The notes beneath the pieces are model-generated. The model was not told the origin of the DNA, did not search any database, and saw nothing but the letters and a program-made list of their open reading frames with translations. DNA of 63,998 nucleotides, filler included, from an uncultured Methanosarcinales archaeon (GTDB lineage: Archaea > Nanobdellota > Nanobdellia > Woesearchaeales > JAGLXL01): NCBI GenBank assembly GCA_964472345.1. It is 4 parts of 4 records of this genome, joined end to end, with 100 filler letters (N's around TTAATTAATTAA, not from the genome) between each part and the next. Parts side by side here need not be neighbours in the genome. Positions count along the whole stretch, not along the records: positions 1 to 21,573 come from CAYYLB010000010.1; positions 21,674 to 41,995 come from CAYYLB010000012.1; 2 more parts are not named here. One strand, given 5' to 3'. Positions 19,742 through 29,974 of this stretch are shown in pieces. Position numbers and translations under genes: made by a program. Position 1 is the first letter of the stretch. The number at the start of each line of letters is the position of its first letter.

Positions 19742-21469
19742 TCACCCCTTCTTCCGCTTCATCCCATCGACGCACGCCCGCAGGAACCCGTAGAACAGCG
19801 GCGACGGCTTCTCGAGCCTGCTCCTGAACTCTGGGTGGGCCTGCGTCCCAACAAAGAATGGATGATCAGGCAGCTCGATGTATTCCATCAGCTTTGTGCC
19901 ATCATCGCGCTCGTGATAGCCGGAGAAGATGAGGCCGTGCCTCCCGAGCGCTTCAACATATTCCGGGTTGACTTCGTAGCGATGCCGGTGCCTCTCGAGG
20001 ACGACGGCTTTCGCATCGCCAAGCACGCCGAGCCGGAACTTCTCAAGCTTCCTGAGCTGCACCTGATCTTCCGCCAGCCGCGATGTCTGCCGGTACAGCT
20101 CAAGCACCTGCGACTTTTCCTTCAGCACCGCCGCGTACGCGCCGAGGCGCATCGTGCCGCCGTACAGGCTCTGTTCCATCACCGTGCGCTGCGCCGGCTG
20201 CAGGTCAATCACGGGATGCGGCGTCTTCGGATCGACTTCTGTCGTTTGGGCTTTCGCAAGTTTGCAGACATTCCTCGCGAATTCAACGACTGCGAGCTGC
20301 ATCCCATAACAAAGGCCGAGGTAAGGAATATCATTTTCGCGGCAGAACCTGATTGCGGCGATTTTCCCTTCAACGCCGCCAGCGCCGAATCCGCCGGGCA
20401 CGATCACGCCCGCGTAGGCACGCAGGCCGCCGGCTTTCTTCGGGTCCTTTTCGTACTCCTTCGCGTCGACCCAGACAATCTCCGCCTTCGCTGCGACATG
20501 GGCAGAGGCATGCGCGAGCGCCTCCCGGATAGAGATGTAGGAATCGACGAGCGTGTAATTGCCGATGTCGACGTACTTCCCGACGATGGCGATTTTCAGG
20601 CGGTGCTTCGGTTCCTCAATGTTGTGCAGCAATGCCTTCCAGCCGCTCCAGTCGGGCTGCTTCCTTGCTGCAAGGCGCAGGCGCTTCAGGAGCTTGCTGC
20701 CGAGCTGCTCCTTCTCAAAGTTGAGCGGAACCTGATAAATGCTCTCCACGTCGGGAGCGGAGATCACATGCTCGGCCTTGATGTTTGCGTTGGTCTCGAG
20801 CTTCTTCTTCCGCACCTCGTCCAGCGGCTCGGGCGCGCGGCAGAGGACAAAATCCGGGAAGATGCCTGCCTCGTTGAGCATGCGGATGGCCTGCTGCGTC
20901 GGCTTGGTCTTCATCTCGCCGATATTGCCCGGCACCGGAAGATAGGTGACCAGCACGGTGGCCACCTGGTCGGCACCGAGCTCAAGCTCAAGGCCTTTTG
21001 CTGCGAAGAGGTACGGAAGGTTCTGGTAGTCGCCGACGGTGCCGCCCACCTCCACCACCGCGATGTCATACCCCTCTGCTGCCTTCATGAGGCGGCGCCG
21101 GATCTCGTTGGGGACATGGGGGATCACTTCAACGGTCTGGCCGAGGAACTCGCCGCGCCGCTCCCGATCGATCAGCTCCTTGTAAATCTGGCCCGTCGTG
21201 ATGTTGTTGATCTTCGGCAGGGTAAATCCGAGGAAGCGCTCGTAGTTGCCGAGGTCCTGGTCGATCTCGCCGCCGTCATCCGTCACCCAGACCTCGCCGT
21301 GCTCCGTGGGGCGCAGCGTGCCCGCATCAACGTTGATGTAAGGGTCAATCTTAATCGCAGTGACCTTGAAGCCGTATTCCTGCAGGATGCGCGCGATGGA
21401 CGATGTTGAGATGCCCTTCCCTACCCCAGAAATCACTCCGCCCGTCACGATGATGAACTTGGCCGGCAT
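19742..21469 (-). CDS. pyrG: CTP synthase
   Basis: GGVISGVGKG, KIDPYIN, KTKPTQ, GLCYGMQ, RHRHRYE, QAHPEF. Confidence 0.98.
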   Translation of the reverse strand: MPAKFIIVTGGVISGVGKGISTSSIARILQEYGFKVTAIKIDPYINVDAGTLRPTEHGEVWVTDDGGEIDQDLGNYERFLGFTLPKINNITTGQIYKELIDRERRGEFLGQTVEVIPHVPNEIRRRLMKAAEGYDIAVVEVGGTVGDYQNLPYLFAAKGLELELGADQVATVLVTYLPVPGNIGEMKTKPTQQAIRMLNEAGIFPDFVLCRAPEPLDEVRKKKLETNANIKAEHVISAPDVESIYQVPLNFEKEQLGSKLLKRLRLAARKQPDWSGWKALLHNIEEPKHRLKIAIVGKYVDIGNYTLVDSYISIREALAHASAHVAAKAEIVWVDAKEYEKDPKKAGGLRAYAGVIVPGGFGAGGVEGKIAAIRFCRENDIPYLGLCYGMQLAVVEFARNVCKLAKAQTTEVDPKTPHPVIDLQPAQRTVMEQSLYGGTMRLGAYAAVLKEKSQVLELYRQTSRLAEDQVQLRKLEKFRLGVLGDAKAVVLERHRHRYEVNPEYVEALGRHGLIFSGYHERDDGTKLMEYIELPDHPFFVGTQAHPEFRSRLEKPSPLFYGFLRACVDGMKRKKG

Positions 21470-21573
21470 AGGCGACAGAGAAGGGAGAGGTTTAAAAACC
21501 TTATTATTCCGCCGGCGCTGTGTCGTGTCCGGAAATTATTTCGCCAACCATTTATAAGCTTGGATAAACCCCA

Positions 21574-21673
21574 NNNNNNNNNNNNNNNNNNNNNNNNNNN
21601 NNNNNNNNNNNNNNNNNTTAATTAATTAANNNNNNNNNNNNNNNNNNNNNNNNNNNNNNNNNNNNNNNNNNNN
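21574..21673. other. Artificial contig-joining spacer
   Basis: 100-nt N block with central TTAATTAATTAA; same spacer at 41996-42095 and 62151-62250. Confidence 0.95.
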
Positions 21674-21770
21674 AGATTTCGGTGCTGAAGTATATACTCA
21701 AGAAGTTAGGTCAGCTTTATAGTTACTGGATATCGGGCGGAGCGTACGGAATTCGGTCGCCGGGATTGCA

Positions 21771-22220
21771 ATGGCGGCTGCGGGGCTTGCTGCCGTCGTT
21801 TCGGCAGCGGGATGCGGTGATGGCACACCGCCAAGCGGGCAGCACTCCGTGATGGAAGAGTGGGGGATTGGGACGTACTGGACGCACTATTATGTCATTC
21901 GGGAGTATGTTCCCGGGCCTGATGATTACCTGCCGTTACAGTTGCGGGGGGCGGGGAGAGGGCTGCCGGCTGGCTCCTGTATAGTTAAGGTAGTTTTCGT
22001 TACTGCAGATGGAGCAAAATATCTCGCATTGCGGGACAAGATGCTCAGAGCAGGAGGGAGCGGAGCCTCCAACGAGCTTATTGAAAAGCAGAGAGGTTGG
22101 CTGCTGCTGGAAGCGGGGGGGCGCGGGATTGATTATTTTGTTGCGCCAACCGGAGAGTACCGGCCGGGTGACATTCTGGAGCGCAAGCAGGAGCCTGCAC
22201 GATCGGCAAGGCCGTTTTAA
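21771..22220 (+). CDS. Hypothetical lipoprotein-like protein
   Basis: Hydrophobic N-terminus ending SAAGC (lipobox-like); start uncertain near contig edge. Confidence 0.5.
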   Translation: MAAAGLAAVVSAAGCGDGTPPSGQHSVMEEWGIGTYWTHYYVIREYVPGPDDYLPLQLRGAGRGLPAGSCIVKVVFVTADGAKYLALRDKMLRAGGSGASNELIEKQRGWLLLEAGGRGIDYFVAPTGEYRPGDILERKQEPARSARPF

Positions 22221-22281
22221 TGATGAGAAGTGCGGCGGTTTCTGTTGTTGCGGCGACGCATCACAGGGATTACTTATAAAA

Positions 22282-23430
22282 TCACCTACGAGCAACTCTC
22301 TCTAGAACATCATCAGCAAGCTGTTGTATCGAAAGTGCGGCTCTCGCTGCTTGTTCGCTGCCCAAGCCAACCTCGGCAGAAGCAAATGCGCTTTCCCATG
22401 CCAAGCTCCACACTTCAGTAGCTGGTATGTTGGTAGAGGAAACAATCTTTATCATTGCTCGCTCAAAAGAGGTCAATGCCTCCAACGCAGCCTCATCGGT
22501 TCCAGCGAGGTGGTAAACCGCCGCAATCGCCTCCTGCGCAAGAGCCTCAAGGAGATACTGAACACCTGTCCGTTCTCTTTGCTGGCCATCGAACGCTCCA
22601 ATGAATGCCCTCACCTCGTCGTCCAGCGAACTGTCGGATTGTTGGCACAGGGAATCAAAACAGGCAGCATTGAGTTCGCCGTACTTGCGAACAAGTTCCG
22701 CGGATGTGTACTCCTGTATCGCAGCTGGTTCGAATCCCGCAAGAGGCTGGACCGCGGGAGCGACCAGAACATCGCTTAAGCGTCGTTCATATTCACCCCG
22801 GACATACGCACCTAGGCTTGCCATTTCTCTGAGAAGAAAAGAGGTGGTGGCGACTCGTGCCGCTAGCTCATCTAAATTTCGCATTTCAACGAAGAACCGC
22901 TTGCCGTCTTCCTTGGTACGGTTCTGTGCGATCGCTTCTCCCATCTTGAGATGAAACCTCTCGTGGTAAAGTATTGCCCGAAGGAGTATTTTAGTATACT
23001 GCGGGTCTATCCCATCAGCAAGAAACGCCGGATTAACAAATATTTCGTTTGGCTGTCCGTACCAGGTCTTCGCGAGCGTTCCATTGCTTAGTTTCCTTAT
23101 AACTATTTCAAGAGGTTGTGCAGAATCTCCGGACGACTCACGCACGTCCGAGAAAAGATCCCGTGCAGCAGCAACAACGGGCTCCTGTACGGCCTGCAGC
23201 AGTTCGATTGGGTAACTCTCATCAACCCAGATGCGTACGCTGTCAGCGGCGAGCAGGCGCGCAGGGAAGGCAGTGTAGCCGAAGGTGAACGTACGCAGCG
23301 CGCCTTTTTGCGGGATTTCGGCTGTTGTGCTTTGCGCTCCTTCAGCTTGGTCGCTCTGCTGTGCGCTAACAGGAGAAGCGGCAAGAGCAAGTGCGACTGC
23401 GGTAGCATACAAAGGAACGCGGGTCCTCAT
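22282..23430 (-). CDS. Secreted protein with HExxH zincin-like motif
   Basis: Signal peptide (..SPVSA/QQ), ILYHERFH plus downstream DELAA; TATA at ~23454-23461. Confidence 0.7.
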   Translation of the reverse strand: MRTRVPLYATAVALALAASPVSAQQSDQAEGAQSTTAEIPQKGALRTFTFGYTAFPARLLAADSVRIWVDESYPIELLQAVQEPVVAAARDLFSDVRESSGDSAQPLEIVIRKLSNGTLAKTWYGQPNEIFVNPAFLADGIDPQYTKILLRAILYHERFHLKMGEAIAQNRTKEDGKRFFVEMRNLDELAARVATTSFLLREMASLGAYVRGEYERRLSDVLVAPAVQPLAGFEPAAIQEYTSAELVRKYGELNAACFDSLCQQSDSSLDDEVRAFIGAFDGQQRERTGVQYLLEALAQEAIAAVYHLAGTDEAALEALTSFERAMIKIVSSTNIPATEVWSLAWESAFASAEVGLGSEQAARAALSIQQLADDVLERVARR

Positions 23431-23504
23431 TCATAAGCAGATTACCGACAGGTATTTAAATACACCCTGTTTTCCTCGCTGCAGAAAATGAGGTGCTGGT
23501 ATTA

Positions 23505-25456
23505 ATGAGAGCGTTGCATTCCGCTGCGTTACTTCTTGCTCTAGGTATTTTGTTAATGGGGGCAGTTACTGCACAGGAAGGCANNNNNNNNNNNNNNNNN
23601 NNNNNNNNNNNNNNNNNNNNNNNNNNNNNNNNNNNNNNNNNNNNNNNNNNNNNNNNNNNNNNNNNNNNNNNNNNNNNNNNNNNTTACTTCTTGCTCTAGG
23701 TATTTTGTTAATGGGGGCAGTTACTGCACAGGAAGGCACATACACTGAAAAGACATGTTTTGAGATTGGGGCTCGCGGGAGAGATAACGGCGGTTCTACT
23801 GCGCAGCAGTGTCTAGAAAAGCTCGATCGGACCGGTCAAGGAGGGCAATCTGCAGGACAGAGTGAGAGCTCATTTAAAAACTCCTGTGCTGAAACCGTTG
23901 AAAAGGCAGAGTCTTTTATGCAAGGGTGTACGAATGACCGTTCTCTCACTGCAAAAAAGCTCGCTTGTGATACTACTGAAATCGTTAATCAGTTGAACGC
24001 ACGCGGAATAACGCCAACGGCGGAACTCATAAAACAATATGCGGGGGAGGCGTGCACGCTACGCTGTTCTGAAATATATGATGGGGCCTTGCCTGTGTTT
24101 TATTTTTTTGATCGTGAACCTGAATTAATCTGCAATTGTTATTGCATGAAACCTGGTTATGATGCTTACTTTTCATGGCCAACGCTTGATGATCTTAGCA
24201 TCACCTCCATTGTTATTGACTCGGTACCAAATCCCCCGCCGCCACCGCCCGTTGCACCATTGCCGCAAAATGAGTTTGATAGGCTTATTAGAGCACTCTT
24301 AGCCAAGGTGAAACAGGTTACCTTCCCGTCTGGAGAAACCTCAACAATCATCAATCCTGAATGTACAACGCCTTCGGGCGTCCCCTGTTATGATATTATC
24401 AGGAGGCTTTTCTTATGCCCTGGGGAGGAGATCGTTGGAGATGTTCTTGTCGATAAAGTTAAAGCTTCTGTTGGTGGGGGTAGTACTGTGTTCACGATAA
24501 AAGTACAAAAAGAAGGTGCAAAGAAACCCGAAACCGTGTTTGTTGTTGTGAAACAAAATGAGCAAGGGCATTTCATAGTAAAAAACCCACGTGATTGCGG
24601 TGCGGGCAAGACGATCGAAACGGCACCTGAGTGCCAAGCACCACCGACCCCAACAAATGACTATGATGGGGATGGGGTATTAAATGTTTGTGATAACTGC
24701 CAACAGAAGTATAATCCACGACAAGAAGATGTTGATCTGGATAGCGTGGGCGATGCATGCGATATATGCAAGAATGTTTACGACCTCACCCAGTCGAATA
24801 GAGATGGTGATTTTAATGGGGATGCATGCGATAACTGCCCAGATATTAAAAATGAGTTACAGTCCGACGTTGACCGGGACGGTGTCGGCGATCTATGCGA
24901 CAACTGCCGTGATATATTTAACCCAGGTCAGGAGGATTCTGATGGTGATGGGATCGGTGATGCCTGTGAAGAAGCTGCACAAAAACCGAATCAGAAGCAG
25001 TTCGGCCAGGCTCTTGTCGCCGCCATGCAACCGTTAGCATGCGGGGATGTTGCGCAGCGGGCGCTTGGGTTCATTTCCGCGAACACCGACAACAAAGGCA
25101 AGCCGCGCAAACTCACGCTGACAACATACACAAAGATGCGGCAGCAGGTTCCCGGGCTTGACGGCTGCGTCCAGCAATACGAAGCAACGGCCAGCAAGAC
25201 ATTTTATGATGAGGTTATCCAGCAGACAAACCAGGAGATTGAGGCCTATGCGGCTTACGACGACACCTCCCTGCGCTCGACCACTTCGAAGACGGGAGCA
25301 GCAACCGAAGTCCTCCTGCGCTATGATGGCGGACTCGTTGAGGGCTCGGTCAGCGGCATCGTCGGCTTCCTTATCTTCATCGCGGTCGCGTTTGTCGCGG
25401 GGTTCTTCCTCGGAAAGGAGATAGAGTACAAGCACGAGCACCGCAAGAAAAAGTGA
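23505..25456 (+). CDS. Secreted thrombospondin type-3 repeat protein with C-terminal TGAATE-TM anchor (interrupted by artefactual N gap)
   Basis: Signal peptide from ATG 23505; DxDxDGxGDxCDNC repeats; C-terminal TM and basic tail; 55 bp duplicated either side of gap 23584-23683. Confidence 0.85.
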
Positions 25457-25555
25457 TCACGTTTCGCGTTCCCTGAAAAGGAGCCGGAGTGTGGGCATGT
25501 TCCGCTGCTTGCCATCGCCCTGCTGCCAAAGAGAACACCCTTCTAACATCTCCCC

Positions 25556-26149
25556 TTATATTCCCACCATCACCTTCCGCTCCCTGAACGGGATCCTGTG
25601 CAGCCGGAGGAGCTCCCCGAACTCGCGGCTGCTCCGGATGGGCACCTGCACGATGCCGGGAGCGAGACGCTCTCCCCCGAGGCGCCCGATCATGCCCTTG
25701 CCTGCGCGGCCGCGGAGGACGTTGTTGAACGCGACCTTCTCCCGGTGCGGCTTCCCCTTGAGCTCGTAGGAAAAGAGCGCGGCGCCCTCAAAACCGAGCT
25801 TCTGCGCCATCGGCTTTCCGTCCAGGAGGCTGATGCCCTCGAGCAGGATGCCGGAGCGGGCAAAGAACTGCTCATGGAAGAGCTCCTCCCAGAGGATGCC
25901 TTTGAGATCGAGCACCGGTGCAGCAATCTTCTTCTTGAGCTGCTGGAGCTTTGCGAGGCGCTCCCGGAGCGTCCCCGAGCGGAATATCACGGCAACGTCA
26001 ACGTCGCGGGGATGCGCACCCCCCTTCGCCGCGGAGCCGTAGAGCACGATGTCGAAGATCGCCGGGTCGTGCCGCTCACCCTTCGCCCATCTCCTCAATG
26101 CGCTGAGCATCTTCCCTAAACACCTCCGCCGCCTCACGCTCACGCTCAT
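25556..26149 (-). CDS. Minimal nucleotidyltransferase (MNT) with extra C-terminal domain
   Basis: LYGSAAKG...DVDVAV Pol-beta motif. Confidence 0.8.
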   Translation of the reverse strand: MSVSVRRRRCLGKMLSALRRWAKGERHDPAIFDIVLYGSAAKGGAHPRDVDVAVIFRSGTLRERLAKLQQLKKKIAAPVLDLKGILWEELFHEQFFARSGILLEGISLLDGKPMAQKLGFEGAALFSYELKGKPHREKVAFNNVLRGRAGKGMIGRLGGERLAPGIVQVPIRSSREFGELLRLHRIPFRERKVMVGI

Positions 26150-26163
26150 CAGTCATTGCACTG

Positions 26164-26266
26164 TACAACAAAAAGCACATATTTAAGCTTTTCTGTTGTA
26201 TTATACCAGTGCTGTACTATACAACAAAAACGGTTTAAAATGTTACTATTGTTGTCCAATACAACA
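26164..26266. promoter_or_regulatory. Operator array (TACAACA half-sites) around TATA-like boxes upstream of the MNT gene
   Basis: TACAACA at 26164, 26220, 26260; inverted TGTTGT(A) at 26194 and 26250. Confidence 0.6.
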
Positions 26267-26329
26267 TCGCGGGAAGCGCGCGGAGCGCCACTGCGCGGGA
26301 ACCCTCACGGGCAGAAACAACGCGGCCGC

Positions 26330-26424
26330 TCAGCACACTCTCGGATTGTTCGCAGAAGAGGGAGCGTAGGGCGCCCCGCAGATCGCTTTCTTGATCAGCT
26401 TGATGCTGTTGAGCAGCCCTTGAT
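26330..26424 (-). repeat. Orphan duplicate of the 3' end of gene 27819-28391
   Basis: ~95 bp direct repeat of 27819-27914, ending exactly at the stop codon; 4 substitutions plus 1 indel. Confidence 0.9.
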
Positions 26425-26523
26425 GTTCCTGTAGCAACTCCGACCGCTGCAGCGCGAACCGCCCTCGGCAAATGTTTATATATCGAAACAGCATTTAGTA
26501 AGAAAATAACTGATGGATGTCAG

Positions 26524-27039
26524 ATGAAAGGGCTGTCGGCGCGGGAAGTTGCGATCGTGGCATGGCTGGAGTTCCGCCAGAGGTACTTCTTCACCGGCAG
26601 GGACATTGCCCGGTTCACGAAAACCAAGACGCGACAGTACAACACCATCAAGAGCCTCGTGAGGAAGCGGAGGGTCATCAAGCTCAACCGGACGAAGTAC
26701 TACCTGGTTCCCATCAGGGCGGCGGGCGGACGCTGGAGCGAGCATCCATTCATCATTGCCGACGAGATGTGCAACGGTACGGATTACTTCATCGGCGGCT
26801 GGAGCGCAGCCAGCTACTGGGGCCTCACCGAGCAGGTACCGCTCCAGACAGATGTGTACACCACCCGGCGGCAGGGAAAGAGGAAGGTGCTTGGTGCTGC
26901 TGTTGTCTTCCACCGGACGTCGCCGCAGAGGCTCCGGAGGAGCGTACGCCGGGAGCTGCATGGCCACCCATTCAACATCCTGTCGAAAGAGGAAACGAAA
27001 TGGTGGCTGGAATCATGGCGTTACGGGCGGACGAGCTGA
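26524..27039 (+). CDS. Type IV TA antitoxin AbiEi-like
   Basis: wHTH N-terminus, YFIGGWSAASYWGLTEQVP motif; overlaps AbiEii gene. Confidence 0.85.
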   Translation: MKGLSAREVAIVAWLEFRQRYFFTGRDIARFTKTKTRQYNTIKSLVRKRRVIKLNRTKYYLVPIRAAGGRWSEHPFIIADEMCNGTDYFIGGWSAASYWGLTEQVPLQTDVYTTRRQGKRKVLGAAVVFHRTSPQRLRRSVRRELHGHPFNILSKEETKWWLESWRYGRTS

Positions 27040-27758
27040 AGGACATCAGCGCACGGACGGGGTTCAACCTCCTGTTCCTCACGAAAGATTACTACGTCAC
27101 GCTCATCCTTTCTCTCCTGAGCGGACTGGATGGGATCTACTTCAAAGGAGGGACCGCGCTCCAGAAAGTGTTCCTCGCACACCGCCGGCTGAGTGAGGAT
27201 ATCGACTTCACCGTCACGGCGGATCTCGGGCGTGTACGGGCCGCGATTGAGGGGCGGCTTGCCGCAGCCGGTCTTTTCGGCAGCATGACTGAGGGCAGGC
27301 ACGTCCAGGGCTTCCTGCGCCTCCATGCCCCCTACACCGACCCATTCGGGCAGGAAGGGGCGGTTTCCATTGACCTGAACAGAAGAGCGTCGCTCATGCT
27401 CCCGCCGGAAACGCATACGGTTGGAAACTTTTACCATATGAGATTCCACGTCGCTACGCTGCACCCGCGCGAGCTTGTCGCCGAGAAGGTGCATGCGCTC
27501 ATCCACCGGAACCAGCCAAGGGATTACTTCGACGTGTACCACATCATTCGGAGAAGGCTTCCCATTGACATGGATCTCGTGCAGAAGAAAAGCAAGGTAC
27601 CGGATCGCGCCGCACTCGTTGCGATGATCTTTTCCAACGCACGCAAGGTCTATTCACACTGGGAGACGGACCTCACGCCGCTGGTCAGGCATCCTGTTCC
27701 GTTCCGCAAGGTGATGGACTCCCTCAAGGAATTCTTTGCTTATAGTAAATCGCAATGA
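27000..27758 (+). CDS. Type IV TA toxin AbiEii nucleotidyltransferase
   Basis: KDY, FKGGTAL, RLSEDIDF, EKVHA, RDYFD. Confidence 0.92.
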   Translation: MVAGIMALRADELKDISARTGFNLLFLTKDYYVTLILSLLSGLDGIYFKGGTALQKVFLAHRRLSEDIDFTVTADLGRVRAAIEGRLAAAGLFGSMTEGRHVQGFLRLHAPYTDPFGQEGAVSIDLNRRASLMLPPETHTVGNFYHMRFHVATLHPRELVAEKVHALIHRNQPRDYFDVYHIIRRRLPIDMDLVQKKSKVPDRAALVAMIFSNARKVYSHWETDLTPLVRHPVPFRKVMDSLKEFFAYSKSQ

Positions 27759-27818
27759 TATCGGTCCATGCGGCGGAATCATCGCGCTTATCTATAATTG
27801 GCACGTCAGTGGCCGGCG

Positions 27819-28391
27819 TCAGCACACCCTCGGATTGTTCGCAGAAGAGGGCGCGTAGGGCGCCCCGCAGATCGCCTTCTTGATCAGCCTGATGCTGTTG
27901 AGCAGCCCTTTGATCTGCTCGCGGTCGCTGAAGCCCGCGCGCTCGAGGTTGCGCTTGGTGCTGGCGAGCGCCTGCCAGAGGCCGCGCGTGCCAATGATTT
28001 CGGGCTGCTGCAGTGCTGCGCCGAGCGCGGTGATGAGCGCCGTGTACTCGCTCACTTCGCCGGTCTCGCTGTAGTCGGGGACGATTTCCTTGATCGCGAT
28101 CGTCACGTCAAAGAGGGCCTCCTGCGTGTCCGCGCTGTACGTGGAAAGACCGACCGCTTCCTCGAGGTCAAAGACGCGGGCGTCGAGCAGCTCGGCTTCG
28201 AGCGCAAAAATTTCTGTTGCCTGCCCGCTGAGGTTGCGCATCGGCGCGAAGATGGAAAATGAGAGCAGCGCGAGGCCGATGACGGCGACGAGCGCGACGA
28301 TGCCGAAGATGGCGGTTTGAGAAGAATCCTTATGGTGCTTCGAACTTCTGGAGTGCTTCTGTGCGCCTCTCTGCCGCCTGCTGCGTGCCAT
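27819..28391 (-). CDS. Membrane-anchored protein with N-terminal GIVxLVAVxGL...GQAT leader
   Basis: GAGGTG SD; basic N-terminus, TM, SGQATE; leader shared with 33342-34328. Confidence 0.8.
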   Translation of the reverse strand: MARSRRQRGAQKHSRSSKHHKDSSQTAIFGIVALVAVIGLALLSFSIFAPMRNLSGQATEIFALEAELLDARVFDLEEAVGLSTYSADTQEALFDVTIAIKEIVPDYSETGEVSEYTALITALGAALQQPEIIGTRGLWQALASTKRNLERAGFSDREQIKGLLNSIRLIKKAICGAPYAPSSANNPRVC

Positions 28392-28492
28392 GCGAACACC
28401 TCTCTTTTGCTGGCGGGGAGGAAAACGCCGTGGTTTATATAGATGACGGTGGGGCTTCGCGTTCTTTCCCCGGGGCGGCCAGCGGGCTTCGG

Positions 28493-29746
28493 CTAGTCCT
28501 CTCCATCATCATTCTGCCACAGGAGCGTGCCGGCGCCGTCAAACACTTCCTCGCAGTTGATCAATATGACTGAGGCGGCCACCCTCTCTTCAGGGTAGCC
28601 GTCGCTGCCCATGACCCGCTTGAGCAGCTTGAGCTCAACAATCGTGTCCCCTCTGTCTTCCCGCGGCGTGCCGACGAACCAGCCGGTGCCGAGCAGCCGG
28701 ACAACGTCATGGCCGGCGCCGCAGTCGACATAATCATGGTCCTCGCCGGGATCTTCGGAAGGGAATCTGGGAGCGTCGGTCCGCGACTGCGGAAAGATGG
28801 TGTCGTCGCCGTCATCGCCGTCGATCTCGTCTCCCCCTGCACCGCCGCCGATGACATCGTCGCCCGTTCCGCCGCGAATAGTGTCCGAGTCATCGCCTCC
28901 ATCCATCCGGTCATTGCCATCGTCGCCCCAGAGCTCATCATCAGCCTCGCCGCCATCGAGGTAATCGTTCCCATCACCGCCCAGCAGCGTGTCTTCGCCC
29001 GCATTCTCCCTGTCGGCTTCATCGTCGCCGATGAGCTCATCGTTGCCATCTCCCCCATTAAGGAAGTCGCCCCCATTGCCCCCGTAAAGGCGGTCATCAC
29101 CGCCGCCCCCATCAATCCGGTCGCTGCCGCCGCCGCCATCAGCGGTATCATCACCCTCCCCTCCGGTTATGGTGTCGCGGCCATCGCCGCCGCCGATGAG
29201 GTCACTGCCTGATCCGCCGCGCAGATCGTCGTCTCCAGGGCCGCCGCCGATGATATCATCTCCCGATTCCCCGAAAAGAGTGTCATCGCCTTCCTCACCT
29301 GAGATGTAATCGCCGCCGGGGCCGCCGAAGATGACATCATCCTCCTTGCTGCCGACGAGGCTGTCACCGCCGTCAGTCCCCTGCACCGCCTTGCCGCCAG
29401 ATTCCTGGAATTGAACCCAATGGGCAGGCGCTGCTGCCGCGGTGCCTTGCCTGTTGAGCAGCATCGCGAAGAACGGGAGGTACTGCCGCAGCTCAGGGAT
29501 CTGCGCAAGCAGCGCGAGGCGCCCGCCGGTGCTGCCCTCCCGGGCGCTTTCCTGCGGCTGCCGGGTTTCCGTGCCTGAAGGCGCGTACAGCGCTCGCCCA
29601 AGCGTTCCGCCGGCTGCATACGCGCCTGCTGCGTCCTCCGTTGCAGAGGCTGCCGAAAGCGTGAGCAGCAAGGCAAGAATCAGCGCTGCGCTGGAAACGA
29701 TGCGCGCGGGCAGTGCGCGGCTGGAACCAAGGATAGCCATTGCCAT
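28493..29746 (-). CDS. RTX/hemolysin-type Ca2+-binding repeat protein with signal peptide
   Basis: Numerous GGxGxDxL/I nonapeptides; N-terminal hydrophobic signal; GAGGAGG SD. Confidence 0.9.
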   Translation of the reverse strand: MAMAILGSSRALPARIVSSAALILALLLTLSAASATEDAAGAYAAGGTLGRALYAPSGTETRQPQESAREGSTGGRLALLAQIPELRQYLPFFAMLLNRQGTAAAAPAHWVQFQESGGKAVQGTDGGDSLVGSKEDDVIFGGPGGDYISGEEGDDTLFGESGDDIIGGGPGDDDLRGGSGSDLIGGGDGRDTITGGEGDDTADGGGGSDRIDGGGGDDRLYGGNGGDFLNGGDGNDELIGDDEADRENAGEDTLLGGDGNDYLDGGEADDELWGDDGNDRMDGGDDSDTIRGGTGDDVIGGGAGGDEIDGDDGDDTIFPQSRTDAPRFPSEDPGEDHDYVDCGAGHDVVRLLGTGWFVGTPREDRGDTIVELKLLKRVMGSDGYPEERVAASVILINCEEVFDGAGTLLWQNDDGED

Positions 29747-29974
29747 ATATTATCCTCCTCTACCACCCCTGCGCATGCCGGCACCGGCGGTGGTTTATAT
29801 ACTTTTATAGAGTTGGGCAGGCAAAACCGTTGCCGGGTGGCGAGGGGAGCCCATATACCTGAAGCAGACCAGAGTAAAACCCCGTCCTGCGCTGATGACC
29901 GAAGAGCTGCTTGTTCAGGAGCACGTTTGAGTTGATTGTTTAATAGTAAAGTTTATAAACTAAACAATTAAACA

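Noticed and set aside
23529..23738. 55-bp direct repeat around a 100-N gap
   Set aside because: Identical overlap either side of a scaffold gap; collapsing it restores one ORF, so it is an assembly artefact
29858..29920. CTGATGA within a stem, a hammerhead or C/D-box look-alike
   Set aside because: No stem II/GAAA core and no properly placed D box
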